Source of the DNA: Bacteroides sp.
Lineage (GTDB): Bacteria > Bacteroidota > Bacteroidia > Bacteroidales > Muribaculaceae
Reading direction: 5' to 3'
Assembly (NCBI GenBank): GCA_014801985.1
Contig: JAAVDD010000010.1
Coordinates: 35,107-99,106, forward strand
Length of the DNA stretch: 64,000 nucleotides
Notes under the pieces: model-generated
What the model was told of the DNA's origin: nothing
The model's database searches: none
The model's input: the letters and a program-made list of their open reading frames with translations, nothing else
Translations under genes and position numbers: made by a program
Shown: one piece after another, positions 46,349 to 56,490 of the stretch
Numbering within the stretch: position 1 is the first letter of the stretch
How the letters are laid out: each line of letters starts with the position of its first letter

Positions 46349-48556
46349 ATGAATGCTCTGGTATTATTATCCGCCTCTTTAGCGATACAATCCGCAGAAC
46401 CATCAGACTCGCTTCCTGTATTTTCCACCGAACTCGATGAACTTGTTATCGAGGCAAAGAAAGAAGTGATCAAATCCGATGGTGCATCTCTCACCTACGA
46501 TCTTTCTGAAGATACCGCTACAAAAGGACTTACACTTATGGATGCTCTTCGCAAAGTTCCTATGATAACCATCGATGGTAACGATAAAATCCGAATCAAC
46601 GGAGACTCAAATTTCAAGATATATGTCAATGGCAAGGAGGAGCCTATGCTGGAGGCAAATTATGATAAAATTTTCAAGGCGATGCCTGCAAATTCCGTGC
46701 TAAAAGTGGAGGTCATCACCGAACCGGGTGCTAAGTTTGATGCCGAAGGCACAGGGGGAATCCTTAATATCATCACTGAAACCAATCAACGCAAAGATGG
46801 CTATTCAGGTTCCCTTAGCGCATCTGCATCCAACCGCGATTACTACTTCTCTTTCCTGGGCCGCATGAAGTATAGGAATTTTTCTGCCGACGCTAATGTG
46901 ACATACGGAGGTACATCTTTCAGTGATGAAGTACATGATCAAACATTCACCACTACTGACAATGCCTCTGAAACATTCCATCGACAGCTAATGGAGCAGA
47001 CACAAAAGTTCGTTTATAACTTTACCAATGCCTCCATAAATGCCTCATGGGAGCCCAACACATCCAATCTCCTCACATTTGGCGGGAGCATAACGGCAAT
47101 GAATGCAAAAATAAAGGGGCTGCATTCCACCACATTCATGTTCACTCGTGATAACATTCTGCTTTGGCAAAATGAACAGGATATTACCGGAAAAATCAAA
47201 ACACTCTCTTCCTCTGCAAATGCCTCCTATCAGCACAATTTTGGCGATCAGAGACATTACCTCGTAGCCTCATGGCTATTCAATTTCGGTCGCAATCCCA
47301 TTGACTTCACTTCCAGAAATGAAGAAGTCACTGACTCCTACGTGCAGACACCGTGGACCAGAAACAGCAATGTCAACTATACACGAGAAAATACAATCCA
47401 GCTCGATTATTCGAATCCTTTCGGAGGAGAGAAGCATCGTCTTGAAGCCGGGGCCAAAGCCATCCTGCGTCATAATTCCGCAGTGGGTTTCAATGCCGTG
47501 GGGCAAGATGAGCAATACATGAGTCCGGAAGCGGAAGTGAATATTACTCAGCTTCAAGATATATATGCTCTATATGCCTCCTATTCCGGTACTTACGGCA
47601 ACATGGCAGCAGTTGCCGGTGTAAGATATGAACATACCAAGATGGGCATGAGAAACAATCTTGAGAGGAAAGAGGATTTCACTCGTCATCTAAATGATGT
47701 GGTGCCTAACGCAGCTCTAACCTATCTATTCTCCCCTGCCTCCAATCTTCGTCTGGCATATCAGATGAGAATAACCCGCCCAAGCCTCCAACAGATGAAT
47801 CCCTTCAAGATGGATATCTTAGGCACTTTCGTTCAGGAAGGTAATCCGGATCTAAAGAGTGAGAAAAGCAATAATATTACTCTAACCTATACCAATTTCG
47901 GCAGAATAATGGGAGGGAATGTATATGTTGATTATAAATTTGTCGACAATGCCATTGAAGGGTTTGCCTATTCAGAACCGGGAGAAGATGGGTCAATGAT
48001 AACCTATCAGACCTCTGCCAACATTGGAAACCGTCATGAATTCGGGTTAGGAGGATTTTATAACATCAATCTAACTCAGAAAATGAATATCTCCGTTAAT
48101 GGCAGAATTGCATACGTAAAAATGATGTCGCCCTCTCCGCTCCTCAAAAATCATGGATGGACAGGGAATTACGGAGCCAATTGGAGTTGGTCTGGACCGG
48201 CCGATATCCGTTTCTCAGCCTACGGCGGTCAGACATTCAACGTAATCCAACTTCAGGGGAGTTATTCCGGGTGGTATTATTACGGAGTAGGAGTCTCAAA
48301 AAATCTCATGAAGGATGCTCTTAATGTTGCAATCACAGCCTCGAATTTCCTTCAGAGTGCCACTATCTTCAAGTCCACCACTTATATCGGGGCGCAAACG
48401 ACTGAGACTGAAGCAAGAAACAGAAACTGGCGCGTAGGATTAAGCGTCACATGGAATTTCGGCAAATTAAATTCACAAACGAAGAAAGCAAACACACAAA
48501 TAGAAAATGACGACATTTCTAATTCTTCCGGCTCCAAAGGCGGAGTGGGAATATAA
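46349..48556 (+). CDS. TonB-dependent-receptor-like outer-membrane beta-barrel protein
   Basis: TonB-box-like LDELVI, plug LRKVP..VEVITEPGAKFDAEG.GGILNI, GVRYE, GNPDLKSE, terminal TWNFG. Start set at the ATG downstream of the promoter. Confidence 0.85.
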   Translation: MNALVLLSASLAIQSAEPSDSLPVFSTELDELVIEAKKEVIKSDGASLTYDLSEDTATKGLTLMDALRKVPMITIDGNDKIRINGDSNFKIYVNGKEEPMLEANYDKIFKAMPANSVLKVEVITEPGAKFDAEGTGGILNIITETNQRKDGYSGSLSASASNRDYYFSFLGRMKYRNFSADANVTYGGTSFSDEVHDQTFTTTDNASETFHRQLMEQTQKFVYNFTNASINASWEPNTSNLLTFGGSITAMNAKIKGLHSTTFMFTRDNILLWQNEQDITGKIKTLSSSANASYQHNFGDQRHYLVASWLFNFGRNPIDFTSRNEEVTDSYVQTPWTRNSNVNYTRENTIQLDYSNPFGGEKHRLEAGAKAILRHNSAVGFNAVGQDEQYMSPEAEVNITQLQDIYALYASYSGTYGNMAAVAGVRYEHTKMGMRNNLERKEDFTRHLNDVVPNAALTYLFSPASNLRLAYQMRITRPSLQQMNPFKMDILGTFVQEGNPDLKSEKSNNITLTYTNFGRIMGGNVYVDYKFVDNAIEGFAYSEPGEDGSMITYQTSANIGNRHEFGLGGFYNINLTQKMNISVNGRIAYVKMMSPSPLLKNHGWTGNYGANWSWSGPADIRFSAYGGQTFNVIQLQGSYSGWYYYGVGVSKNLMKDALNVAITASNFLQSATIFKSTTYIGAQTTETEARNRNWRVGLSVTWNFGKLNSQTKKANTQIENDDISNSSGSKGGVGI

Positions 48557-48567
48557 TAAAAATAAGG

Positions 48568-48957
48568 ATGGAAGAAAAGACAGCAAACATTAAATCACAG
48601 ATGCGCAAGGGAATGCTTGAATATTGCATTCTCCTGGTGCTTAAAGAGGATCGTAAATACACCTCCGATATAATCGACCGAATGCGCAAGTCTGGACTTG
48701 TCGTGGTGGAAGGTACGCTCTACACTCTTCTCAACCGACTCCGTAAGGAAGGAAAGCTGACCTACGAATGGGAGGAATCACCCAAAGGGCCACCGCGTAA
48801 ATATTACCGTCTCACACCATTTGGAAGCGAAGTGCTCCAATATATGTCGGAGGCATGGGATGAAATTGCTTCAACAGTGGATTCCCTTAGATCGGCAGAT
48901 GAATCAAATGAATCAAAAACAATTAATCTGGAAAAACAAAATGAAAATAACCTATAA
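48568..48957 (+). CDS. PadR-family transcriptional regulator
   Basis: SQMRKGMLEYCIL, EGTLYTLL.RL, WEESPKGPPRKYY.LT..G. Confidence 0.93.
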   Translation: MEEKTANIKSQMRKGMLEYCILLVLKEDRKYTSDIIDRMRKSGLVVVEGTLYTLLNRLRKEGKLTYEWEESPKGPPRKYYRLTPFGSEVLQYMSEAWDEIASTVDSLRSADESNESKTINLEKQNENNL

Positions 48958-50011
48958 CATCAATCTTGACGGCCGCGTCTTCACTATCGATGAAGATGCC
49001 TACCGTCTGTTGAAAGACTATCTTGACACCCTCAAACACGCTTTTGACGGTACAGAAAATCAGGAAATTATCATTGATATCGAAGCTCGTATTTCGGAAG
49101 TCTTCTTTATTGAGCAGGAGAATGGAAAGTCCGTGATGACTCTTAAGGATGTAGAGGCAGTCATCACTCGTATCGGACATCCGGAAGAACTCATTGATGA
49201 AGTGACATACTCTGAAGAAACGATTCTTCCTCCCCCACCTCCTGTCCAAGATATTAAACTTGACAAACGCCTCTTCCGTGATTCAAAGAATGGGATGATT
49301 GGTGGTGTATGCGCCGGACTTGCCGAGTATCTAAACGTAGATGTGACATGGGTTAGACTCATTGCTGTGGCTCTCTGCTTCGTTTCTCTCTCCACGCTTG
49401 CCTTCGCATATATAATTCTTTGGATTGTACTCCCAAACGCGGATACCCCTCTTCAACGGATGCAGTTGACAGGCCAATCTCCCACTCTTCAGAATATCGG
49501 CCGGAGTGTGAAAAACTTCTTCAATAATCAGAATGATAAATATGGAAGGGCTTATGAACAACCCATCGAGCCGGCAACCTCAAACAATGGTAAACGTTTC
49601 GCTGATGGATTGGCCGGCTTCTTCGGAATTATGGCAAAAATTTGCCTTTTCATTCTTCTGATTATTTTTATTCCGATGGAAGTGGGACTTGCCATAGCTC
49701 TGTTAGGATGTTTTATTGCATTAATTGCCGTTACCACCACTCAAGGGATGGCACTCTTGACAGGGACAGGAATACCTTATCTGGATGTTATCCCCTGCTG
49801 GCTACTTGTCTGCACAATCTTCTGTGCCATTGGTGCGCTTCTTTTTGTGGGGATTCCATTGTTTCTCCTAATACGAATGTTGATTAATGGGGATAAAAAA
49901 CCTTTAAAGAAGTCCTCTAAATGGATAGCATTGATTGGGTGGATTATTTCAATCGTGATTTTTTCCTCTACGGCAGCCATCATATATACCGCTTCTATCC
50001 CTTATTTCTGA
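48941..50011 (+). CDS. PspC domain-containing membrane protein
   Basis: MKITYNINL..FTIDEDAY, DIEARISE, RLFRD...IGGVCAGLA, AYIILWIVLP, C-terminal TMs. Overlaps the padR stop. Confidence 0.9.
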   Translation: MKITYNINLDGRVFTIDEDAYRLLKDYLDTLKHAFDGTENQEIIIDIEARISEVFFIEQENGKSVMTLKDVEAVITRIGHPEELIDEVTYSEETILPPPPPVQDIKLDKRLFRDSKNGMIGGVCAGLAEYLNVDVTWVRLIAVALCFVSLSTLAFAYIILWIVLPNADTPLQRMQLTGQSPTLQNIGRSVKNFFNNQNDKYGRAYEQPIEPATSNNGKRFADGLAGFFGIMAKICLFILLIIFIPMEVGLAIALLGCFIALIAVTTTQGMALLTGTGIPYLDVIPCWLLVCTIFCAIGALLFVGIPLFLLIRMLINGDKKPLKKSSKWIALIGWIISIVIFSSTAAIIYTASIPYF

Positions 50012-50041
50012 GGATTTTTTCTAAATATCACTTATTTTTAG

Positions 50042-50049
50042 TAAATTTG
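50042..50049 (+). promoter_or_regulatory. -7 element for ftsY-rimO
   Basis: TAAATTTG. Confidence 0.5.
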
Positions 50050-50113
50050 CATAGGTGAATGAAGTTAGGCACAATTTTTGTGACCTTGGAAGCAGAACAT
50101 AAATAATTAAAAT

Positions 50114-51076
50114 ATGGCTTTTTTTGGCAAACTATTTTCAAAGAAGAAAAAGGAGACCCTCGATCAGGGTCTCCAAAAGACTAAGGAGAGCGTGTGGGGC
50201 AAAATCACTCGCGCAATCGGCGGTAAGGATAAGGTGGATGATGATGTGCTCGATAACCTTGAAGAGGCTTTCATAACCTCGGATGTGGGTGTCGACACCA
50301 CACTCAAAATCATTGAACGCATTCAGAACCGCGTAGCCCGCGACAAATATGTCGGCATGAACGAACTCCGCAATCTTCTCTGCGAAGAGATCACTGATAT
50401 GCTGGCAAAGCCTGAAAATGCTTCCGAAGACTTCACCGTAGAAAAGAAAAATAACGAACCTTACGTGATTCTTGTGGTAGGTGTGAATGGCGTTGGAAAG
50501 ACAACAACCATTGGAAAACTTGCCTACCAGTACGCCTCTGCCGGGAATAAGGTTGTGCTTGGAGCGGCCGATACATTCCGCGCAGCTGCCATCGATCAGC
50601 TTGATATATGGGCACAACGTGCGGGGGTAGATATCGTGAAGCAGAAGATGGGTAGCGATCCCGCGGCCGTGGCTCATGACACTCTTTCGTATGCCAAAGC
50701 CCATGATGCAGATGTGGTAATAATCGATACTGCCGGACGTCTTCACAATAAGATTGGCCTTATGAACGAGCTTACAAAAGTGAAGAATGTAATGAAGCGT
50801 ATCGTGCCGGATGCCCCTCAAGAGATTCTTCTTGTGCTCGATGGATCCACCGGTCAGAACGCATTCGAGCAGGCCAAGCAATTTGTGGCGGCAACTGATG
50901 TCAATACACTCGCAATTACAAAACTCGATGGTACATCAAAGGGTGGCGTCGTAATCGGTATCAGCGATCAATTCAAAATCCCGGTAAAGTATATCGGGCT
51001 TGGTGAGAAGATGGAAGACCTTCAGATTTTCCATCCTGAGGAATTTGTGAAGTCGCTCTTCGGAGATGCAATCTGA
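50114..51076 (+). CDS. ftsY: SRP receptor FtsY
   Basis: GVNGVGKTTT, DTFRAAA, DTAGR, TKLDG. Confidence 0.97.
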   Translation: MAFFGKLFSKKKKETLDQGLQKTKESVWGKITRAIGGKDKVDDDVLDNLEEAFITSDVGVDTTLKIIERIQNRVARDKYVGMNELRNLLCEEITDMLAKPENASEDFTVEKKNNEPYVILVVGVNGVGKTTTIGKLAYQYASAGNKVVLGAADTFRAAAIDQLDIWAQRAGVDIVKQKMGSDPAAVAHDTLSYAKAHDADVVIIDTAGRLHNKIGLMNELTKVKNVMKRIVPDAPQEILLVLDGSTGQNAFEQAKQFVAATDVNTLAITKLDGTSKGGVVIGISDQFKIPVKYIGLGEKMEDLQIFHPEEFVKSLFGDAI

Positions 51077-51105
51077 TTAAGGATATCATATCAAAGTTCT
51101 TATAG

Positions 51106-52407
51106 ATGATTAAAGGGAAGATAGATGTTATCTCAATGGGATGTTCGAAAAATCTTATAGATTCCGAACGTCTTTTGAAACGCCTTGAAAGTAAAGGATA
51201 TGATGTGAGCCACGATTCTGAAGAACCGGTTGGAGAATATGTTGTGGTCAATACTTGTGGCTTCATTGCTGATGCCAAGGAGGAATCCATTAACCTTCTC
51301 CTTGAATTAGCCGACCGTAAGGCCAATGGCTCTATCGGGAAGATAGTGGTGATGGGATGTTTGTCCCAAAGATATATGGATGATTTGAAATCCGAGATGC
51401 CGGAGATAGATATCTGGTATGGTAAATTCGACTGGAAGGATTTCATTGAGAAACTCCCTACCAGAGAGTCAAACGAGATTCCGAAGGATTGGGAACGGTC
51501 ACTTACCACTCCTCCACATTCTGCTTTCCTTAAGATTTCTGAAGGTTGCAACCGTTTCTGTGCCTTCTGTGCCATACCTTTAATCACGGGACGTCATACT
51601 TCGCGCCCCATTGAAGAGATTCTTGAGGAGACTCAGGAACTTGTCGGGAAGGGAGTGAAGGAGTTTAATATAATTGCACAGGATCTTTCCTCCTATGGTC
51701 TTGACCTTTACGGGAAGCACTCCCTCGCCGAACTTATCGACCGTATGGCAGATATCGAGGGGGTGGAATGGATTAGACTTCATTATGCCTATCCTGCCGA
51801 TTTTCCTGCCGATATCCTCGATGTAATGGCTAAAAGAGACAATGTATGCTCATATCTTGACATTGCGCTTCAACATATTTCAGATCCGGTGCTCTCCAAT
51901 ATGCGTCGACATATTAACAAGAAGGAAACCATTCAGCTTTTAAAGAATATGCGGGAAAAGGTGCCCGGACTGAAGATTCGTACCACTCTAATGGTCGGAT
52001 TCCCAGGCGAGACTGAAGAGGGTTTTGAGGAACTTCTTGAGTTTGTACGCGAACAGCGTTTCGACCGTATGGGTGCCTTTGCATATAGCGAGGAAGATGA
52101 TACGTATGCTGCAAAGAATTTCCCGGATTCTATTCCGGAAGATGTGAAACAGGAACGTCTGGATCGCCTCATGTCACTTCAAGAAGAGATTGCCCTTGAT
52201 GAAGCTGAAAAGATGGTCGGTCAGGAGATACGTCTTTTAGTAGATGAGATTGAAGACGGCGTGCGTATATGTCGCTCTCAGTGGGATAGTCCGGATGTGG
52301 ATTGTTCCTTCTATGTTGCAGACACGGAAGCACTCCCAGGTGATTTCATTATGGCTAAAGTCTCTGAAGCTAAATCTCCTTTTGATTTCGATGCAGTGGA
52401 AATTTAA
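51106..52407 (+). CDS. rimO: Ribosomal protein S12 methylthiotransferase
   Basis: GCSKNLIDSE, NTCGFI, CNRFCAFC, WIRLHYAYP, SPDVD. Confidence 0.94.
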   Translation: MIKGKIDVISMGCSKNLIDSERLLKRLESKGYDVSHDSEEPVGEYVVVNTCGFIADAKEESINLLLELADRKANGSIGKIVVMGCLSQRYMDDLKSEMPEIDIWYGKFDWKDFIEKLPTRESNEIPKDWERSLTTPPHSAFLKISEGCNRFCAFCAIPLITGRHTSRPIEEILEETQELVGKGVKEFNIIAQDLSSYGLDLYGKHSLAELIDRMADIEGVEWIRLHYAYPADFPADILDVMAKRDNVCSYLDIALQHISDPVLSNMRRHINKKETIQLLKNMREKVPGLKIRTTLMVGFPGETEEGFEELLEFVREQRFDRMGAFAYSEEDDTYAAKNFPDSIPEDVKQERLDRLMSLQEEIALDEAEKMVGQEIRLLVDEIEDGVRICRSQWDSPDVDCSFYVADTEALPGDFIMAKVSEAKSPFDFDAVEI

Positions 52408-52422
52408 TTAGAATCAATAATT

Positions 52423-53445
52423 ATGGAGGGTTTCTTTTTATATAGACTTCCGGATACGTCGGATTTTAAAGGAGGAAAAGGGCCGATTCACTCAGGCTTC
52501 TCGGCCGGTTTTATTATTTCATCCTTCGATAACTCTCCGCAGGCACTCCTCTCTATTGAAAAAAGACGGAACTTCTCTTTCCATGATCTTATCGATTTTC
52601 AGAATGCATTCTATCAAAAGGGAGTCACTTCTTATTCTCCTACACGACTCTTCCCTTTTCCATCTGAAACAACTTCTGAAACGACTCATAGCAGGAACAT
52701 CCATACTATAAAAGATTCTCTCCTTAATGGTGAAAAAACAATAAGCTGCACGGTCATTAAAGGTGACGACCGAATAGATATTGCAGCTTCTCTCCTTTCT
52801 CTATCTACCTCCTTCCCAAAGGCATTTGTTTTCTGCTTTTTCACCCCTCAAAGCGGGCTTTGGATTGGAGCCTCTCCGGAGCTGCTTCTGAAGAAAGATG
52901 GAGAGGAGCTGTTCACTATGGCTCTTGCCGGCACAAGACCTGTCGGCTTAAATGAAGAATGGGACAGTAAGAATCTTGATGAACAGGGAATGGTGGTTAG
53001 ATATATCGAGGATGTATTGAAAAAATACCATCTCCCCTTTCATCATCCCGACACTCCTATTTCCAAGACAGCGGGACCTATTGAGCATCTTTGCACTTCC
53101 TTCAAAATAAAAGGCTCCGGTCTCTCTCCTGATGCTCTTTCTAAATTTCTCTCCGACTTTTCTCCGACTCCGGCCCTTTGCGGTCTTCCAAAAGAAAAAG
53201 CCTACCGCCTCATAAAGGAGTCCGAAAATTTCTCACGTGGATATTACGGAGGGTTCGTCGGACCTTGGCAACCTCTCGGAGACTTTTCATTCTTTGTTCT
53301 TCTCAGAGCATTGAGAATTGAAAAAGAGGGCTGGTGTATGTATGCAGGTGGAGGAATAACCAAGTATTCCGAGCCGGAAGCAGAATGGATGGAGACCCGG
53401 CGTAAAGCATCCTCTATCATCGATAGGATTGCTTTTATCAAATAA
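52423..53445 (+). CDS. Chorismate-binding enzyme, isochorismate-synthase-like
   Basis: WIGASPE, MALAGT, KNLDEQ, PTPALCGLP, RGYYGGFVG, AGGGI, EWMET..K. Confidence 0.8.
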   Translation: MEGFFLYRLPDTSDFKGGKGPIHSGFSAGFIISSFDNSPQALLSIEKRRNFSFHDLIDFQNAFYQKGVTSYSPTRLFPFPSETTSETTHSRNIHTIKDSLLNGEKTISCTVIKGDDRIDIAASLLSLSTSFPKAFVFCFFTPQSGLWIGASPELLLKKDGEELFTMALAGTRPVGLNEEWDSKNLDEQGMVVRYIEDVLKKYHLPFHHPDTPISKTAGPIEHLCTSFKIKGSGLSPDALSKFLSDFSPTPALCGLPKEKAYRLIKESENFSRGYYGGFVGPWQPLGDFSFFVLLRALRIEKEGWCMYAGGGITKYSEPEAEWMETRRKASSIIDRIAFIK

Positions 53446-53510
53446 TGTTGAAACAAATCAGTTCTTGATAAATATTTTTTTGATATTTTTTGTAGATTCT
53501 GATTTTTATT

Positions 53511-53536
53511 TGTAACTTTCCATCGTTTTACACGAC
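53511..53536 (+). promoter_or_regulatory. Putative ECF-type promoter for pepO
   Basis: TGTAAC-N16-CGAC. Confidence 0.5.
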
Positions 53537-53608
53537 TCTTATTTCTGAACCATTCAAAATAGGATTCATGACGATTTTGATTTTTACTAAACAACAATAA
53601 TAAAAATT

Positions 53609-55690
53609 ATGGACGTAAGGACAACACTTCTTTGTCTTGCACTTGGGTTCACTTCTGTGGCTTTTGCCCAGAACGACGCTCAGCAGTGCTGCAACGCCTC
53701 CAAGCCTCAGAAAGAACATCTGAAGAGCCTTAACAAGGATGGCATTGATAATTCCTATTCTCCTAAAGAGGATTTTTACCACCATGTCAACAAAGGCTGG
53801 ATGGACTCTCATCCCCTCACCGGCGAGTATTCGCGCTATGGTCAGTTCAACATTCTTAACGATTCGAGCAATAACCGCGTGCGTCGCATAGTGACCGGTC
53901 TTGCCGCCAAGAATCCTCAGAAGGGTACAAATGCCTACAAGATTGCAAATCTTTATGAGCTTGCCCTTGACTCCGTGAGAAGAAACCAGTTGGGTGCAGC
54001 CCCCATCAAGCCTCTTCTTGAAAAAATCAACAACACGCCAAAGGAGGGAATGGAAGATCTTTTCCTTTTCATGCATAAGAATTACGGTTCTCCTTTCGTT
54101 GGTGTAGGCTTCCAGGAGGATCTTGCCGACAGCAAGGTATATGCAATGTATGTAAGCGGTGCCGGTCTCGGATTGGGCGACCGTGATTACTATCTCCTCA
54201 ACGACAAGCGCAATAAAGATGTCCGCGAAGCTTATAAGAAGCTTATCCAGACTCAGATGGAGCTTGCAGGGCTTTCAAAGAAAGATGCAAAGCGTGTGGT
54301 CAATAGCGTTATGAAGGCTGAGACCTTACTTGCAGATTCTGTTTGGACACGTGAGCAGAGCCGTAATATTCCGGCCATGTATAATCCCCGTACTCTTGCC
54401 CAGGTAAAGGAAATCGCACCTTCTTTCCCTTGGGATCGTTTTTTCAAGGAAACAATGGGTATCGATACTCCTGAACAGCTTATCGTGACTGAAATCAATA
54501 CTGTTAAACAGGGTGATTTCCTCAACCGCACTCTTACGGATCGCGAAAAGAAAGACCTCTATATGTGGGATATCGTTTCAGGTGCATCAGGTGCGCTGAG
54601 TGATGACTTCGCGAATGCAGACTTCGAGTTTAACAAGGTTTTCAGTGGCGTACAGGAACAGCGCCCCCGCTGGAAAAAGGCTCTTGGTGCGGTAGAAGGT
54701 ATCATGGGTGAAGGAATCGGTGAACTTTATGTGGCTGAGTATTTCCCTGAAAGCTCTAAGATCTATATGCAGGGTCTTGTGGAAAACCTTCGTAATGCTC
54801 TTGGAAAGCATATCATGCATCTCCCCTGGATGAGCGACGACACAAAGGTGCAGGCTCTCAAGAAACTCAATAAGATTACTGTCAAGATTGGATATCCCGA
54901 CAAATGGAAAGATTATTCAAAACTTGAAGTTGATCCCTCCCTCTCCTATTATGAGAATATCCACAATGCACGTATGTGGGCTCAGGATCGCTACCTTGAG
55001 AAATGGGGTAAACCTGTGGATCGTGAGGAATGGGGAATGACACCCCAGACCATCAATGCTTATTATAACCCTCTGAACAATGAAATCGTCTTCCCGGCAG
55101 GTATTCTTCAGGCTCCTTTCTTTGATCCTGAGTCTTCAGATGCAGAGAACTATGGCGGTATCGGTGTGGTAATCGGTCATGAGCTTACTCATGGTTTCGA
55201 TGATCAGGGTTGCAATTTCGATGCTGATGGAAACATGATAAACTGGTGGACTCCGGAGGATGCTCAGGCATTCCAGACTCTTACAAAGGGTCTCGCCGAC
55301 CAGTATAGCGAAATTGAGGTTCTCCCCGGCCTACACGCAAATGGTGAATACACTCTTGGTGAAAACATTGCTGACCAGGGTGGTCTACGCATTGCGATGA
55401 CTGCGTTCCTTGATTCCCAGAAGAAAAAGGGTGTTGACATCACTTCAGAAGATGCACTCATCGATGGTTTAGACCCGATGCAGGTATTCTATATGAACTT
55501 CGCAAACCTCTGGGCCGGCAATATCCGTGACGAAGAGATTCGTTCGCTCACTACCGGCGACGTTCACTCCCTCGGTATCAATCGTGTGAATGTATCTCTA
55601 CGTAACATAGAACCCTTCTTCCAGAGCTTCGACGTAAAGGAAGGCGATAAGATGTATCGTCCTGCATCAGAACGCGTGATCATCTGGTAA
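53609..55690 (+). CDS. pepO: M13 family metalloendopeptidase (PepO-like), secreted
   Basis: Signal peptide, INAYY, HELTHGFD, GENIAD. Confidence 0.92.
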   Translation: MDVRTTLLCLALGFTSVAFAQNDAQQCCNASKPQKEHLKSLNKDGIDNSYSPKEDFYHHVNKGWMDSHPLTGEYSRYGQFNILNDSSNNRVRRIVTGLAAKNPQKGTNAYKIANLYELALDSVRRNQLGAAPIKPLLEKINNTPKEGMEDLFLFMHKNYGSPFVGVGFQEDLADSKVYAMYVSGAGLGLGDRDYYLLNDKRNKDVREAYKKLIQTQMELAGLSKKDAKRVVNSVMKAETLLADSVWTREQSRNIPAMYNPRTLAQVKEIAPSFPWDRFFKETMGIDTPEQLIVTEINTVKQGDFLNRTLTDREKKDLYMWDIVSGASGALSDDFANADFEFNKVFSGVQEQRPRWKKALGAVEGIMGEGIGELYVAEYFPESSKIYMQGLVENLRNALGKHIMHLPWMSDDTKVQALKKLNKITVKIGYPDKWKDYSKLEVDPSLSYYENIHNARMWAQDRYLEKWGKPVDREEWGMTPQTINAYYNPLNNEIVFPAGILQAPFFDPESSDAENYGGIGVVIGHELTHGFDDQGCNFDADGNMINWWTPEDAQAFQTLTKGLADQYSEIEVLPGLHANGEYTLGENIADQGGLRIAMTAFLDSQKKKGVDITSEDALIDGLDPMQVFYMNFANLWAGNIRDEEIRSLTTGDVHSLGINRVNVSLRNIEPFFQSFDVKEGDKMYRPASERVIIW

Positions 55691-55723
55691 AAGACTATCC
55701 CAAAACTTCTATTATATTTATGC

Positions 55724-55755
55724 AAAAGGAGGCCGATGCGCATCGTCCTCCTTTT
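55724..55755. terminator. Bidirectional terminator
   Basis: AAAAGGAGG.CGATG / CATCG.CCTCCTTTT. Confidence 0.8.
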
Positions 55756-55821
55756 CTTCATCTATATATGTAGTCGCTCAAATTTGAGTTGAGTAATGAG
55801 TTGCTTATTTATAAAAGAGAC

Positions 55822-56265
55822 TCAATCATCGTAACGGATGAAATTTCCATCCTTGTCGAATTTCATCTCCACTCCATTGGAAAGCTCGACATCATAACCT
55901 CCACGGGTTTTCTCTATACCTACAACATTCTTGCCCGACTGATTGGATTTAATCCATTTTGCCACACCGGTCGGAATAAAACCTGAAGGCACCGATTTAG
56001 AGATATTCACCTCAACCTCTTTCCAGTTGCCGTCGCGGTCAAATGTGATTTCTGTGCCATCGGTCATCACAACCTCATATTCCGAGATGCGACCAAAATC
56101 CTTGTCGATTTTTACTACACTAACTTTTGATTTAAAATTCTTCTCCAGAGTGGTCTGTGCTCCCTTGGGAAGAACTGACGCATCATGCGCATACGTATCG
56201 CTTGCATAGGAGGTAGCCGAAATGCCAATCACTGCAACTAATGCAATTAAAAATTTCTTGAACAT
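55822..56265 (-). CDS. PepSY-like (DUF2874/BLIP-like) periplasmic protein
   Basis: Signal peptide; two repeats ending in FDRDGNW and FDKDGNF. Confidence 0.85.
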   Translation of the reverse strand: MFKKFLIALVAVIGISATSYASDTYAHDASVLPKGAQTTLEKNFKSKVSVVKIDKDFGRISEYEVVMTDGTEITFDRDGNWKEVEVNISKSVPSGFIPTGVAKWIKSNQSGKNVVGIEKTRGGYDVELSNGVEMKFDKDGNFIRYDD

Positions 56266-56423
56266 GTTTTTCTAATTTAAGTTATTCTTTATTATATTTC
56301 CCGCTCAATCCCAAGTCTGAATTATATTCCTACCATCTGAGCTGATTTTAATTCTTAAACAAATATATACATTTTAATGTTCACTCCCATCAATCAGGGA
56401 TTTACAAAGGAGGAGCTATAACG

Positions 56424-56458
56424 AAAAAAAGGCCGCGACATCGACGTCGCGGACCTTT
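56424..56458 (-). terminator. Terminator after prs
   Basis: CCGCGAC / GTCGCGG stem with an A7 tract (U7 on the minus strand). Confidence 0.8.
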
Positions 56459-56490
56459 CGCTTATTAAAGTTTTGATTTTTTGTGTAATC

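Noticed and set aside
48899-48916. ATGAATCAA tandem duplication at the end of padR
   Set aside because: A two-copy in-frame micro-duplication in a variable tail; no functional signal.
48821-48940. Upstream TTG start for pspC
   Set aside because: It overlaps padR extensively; the family-typical start MKITYNINL is at 48941.
50138-50881. 247-aa antisense ORF inside ftsY, and the many similar antisense or alternate-frame ORFs in the track
   Set aside because: Fully nested in conserved genes with no domain signal.
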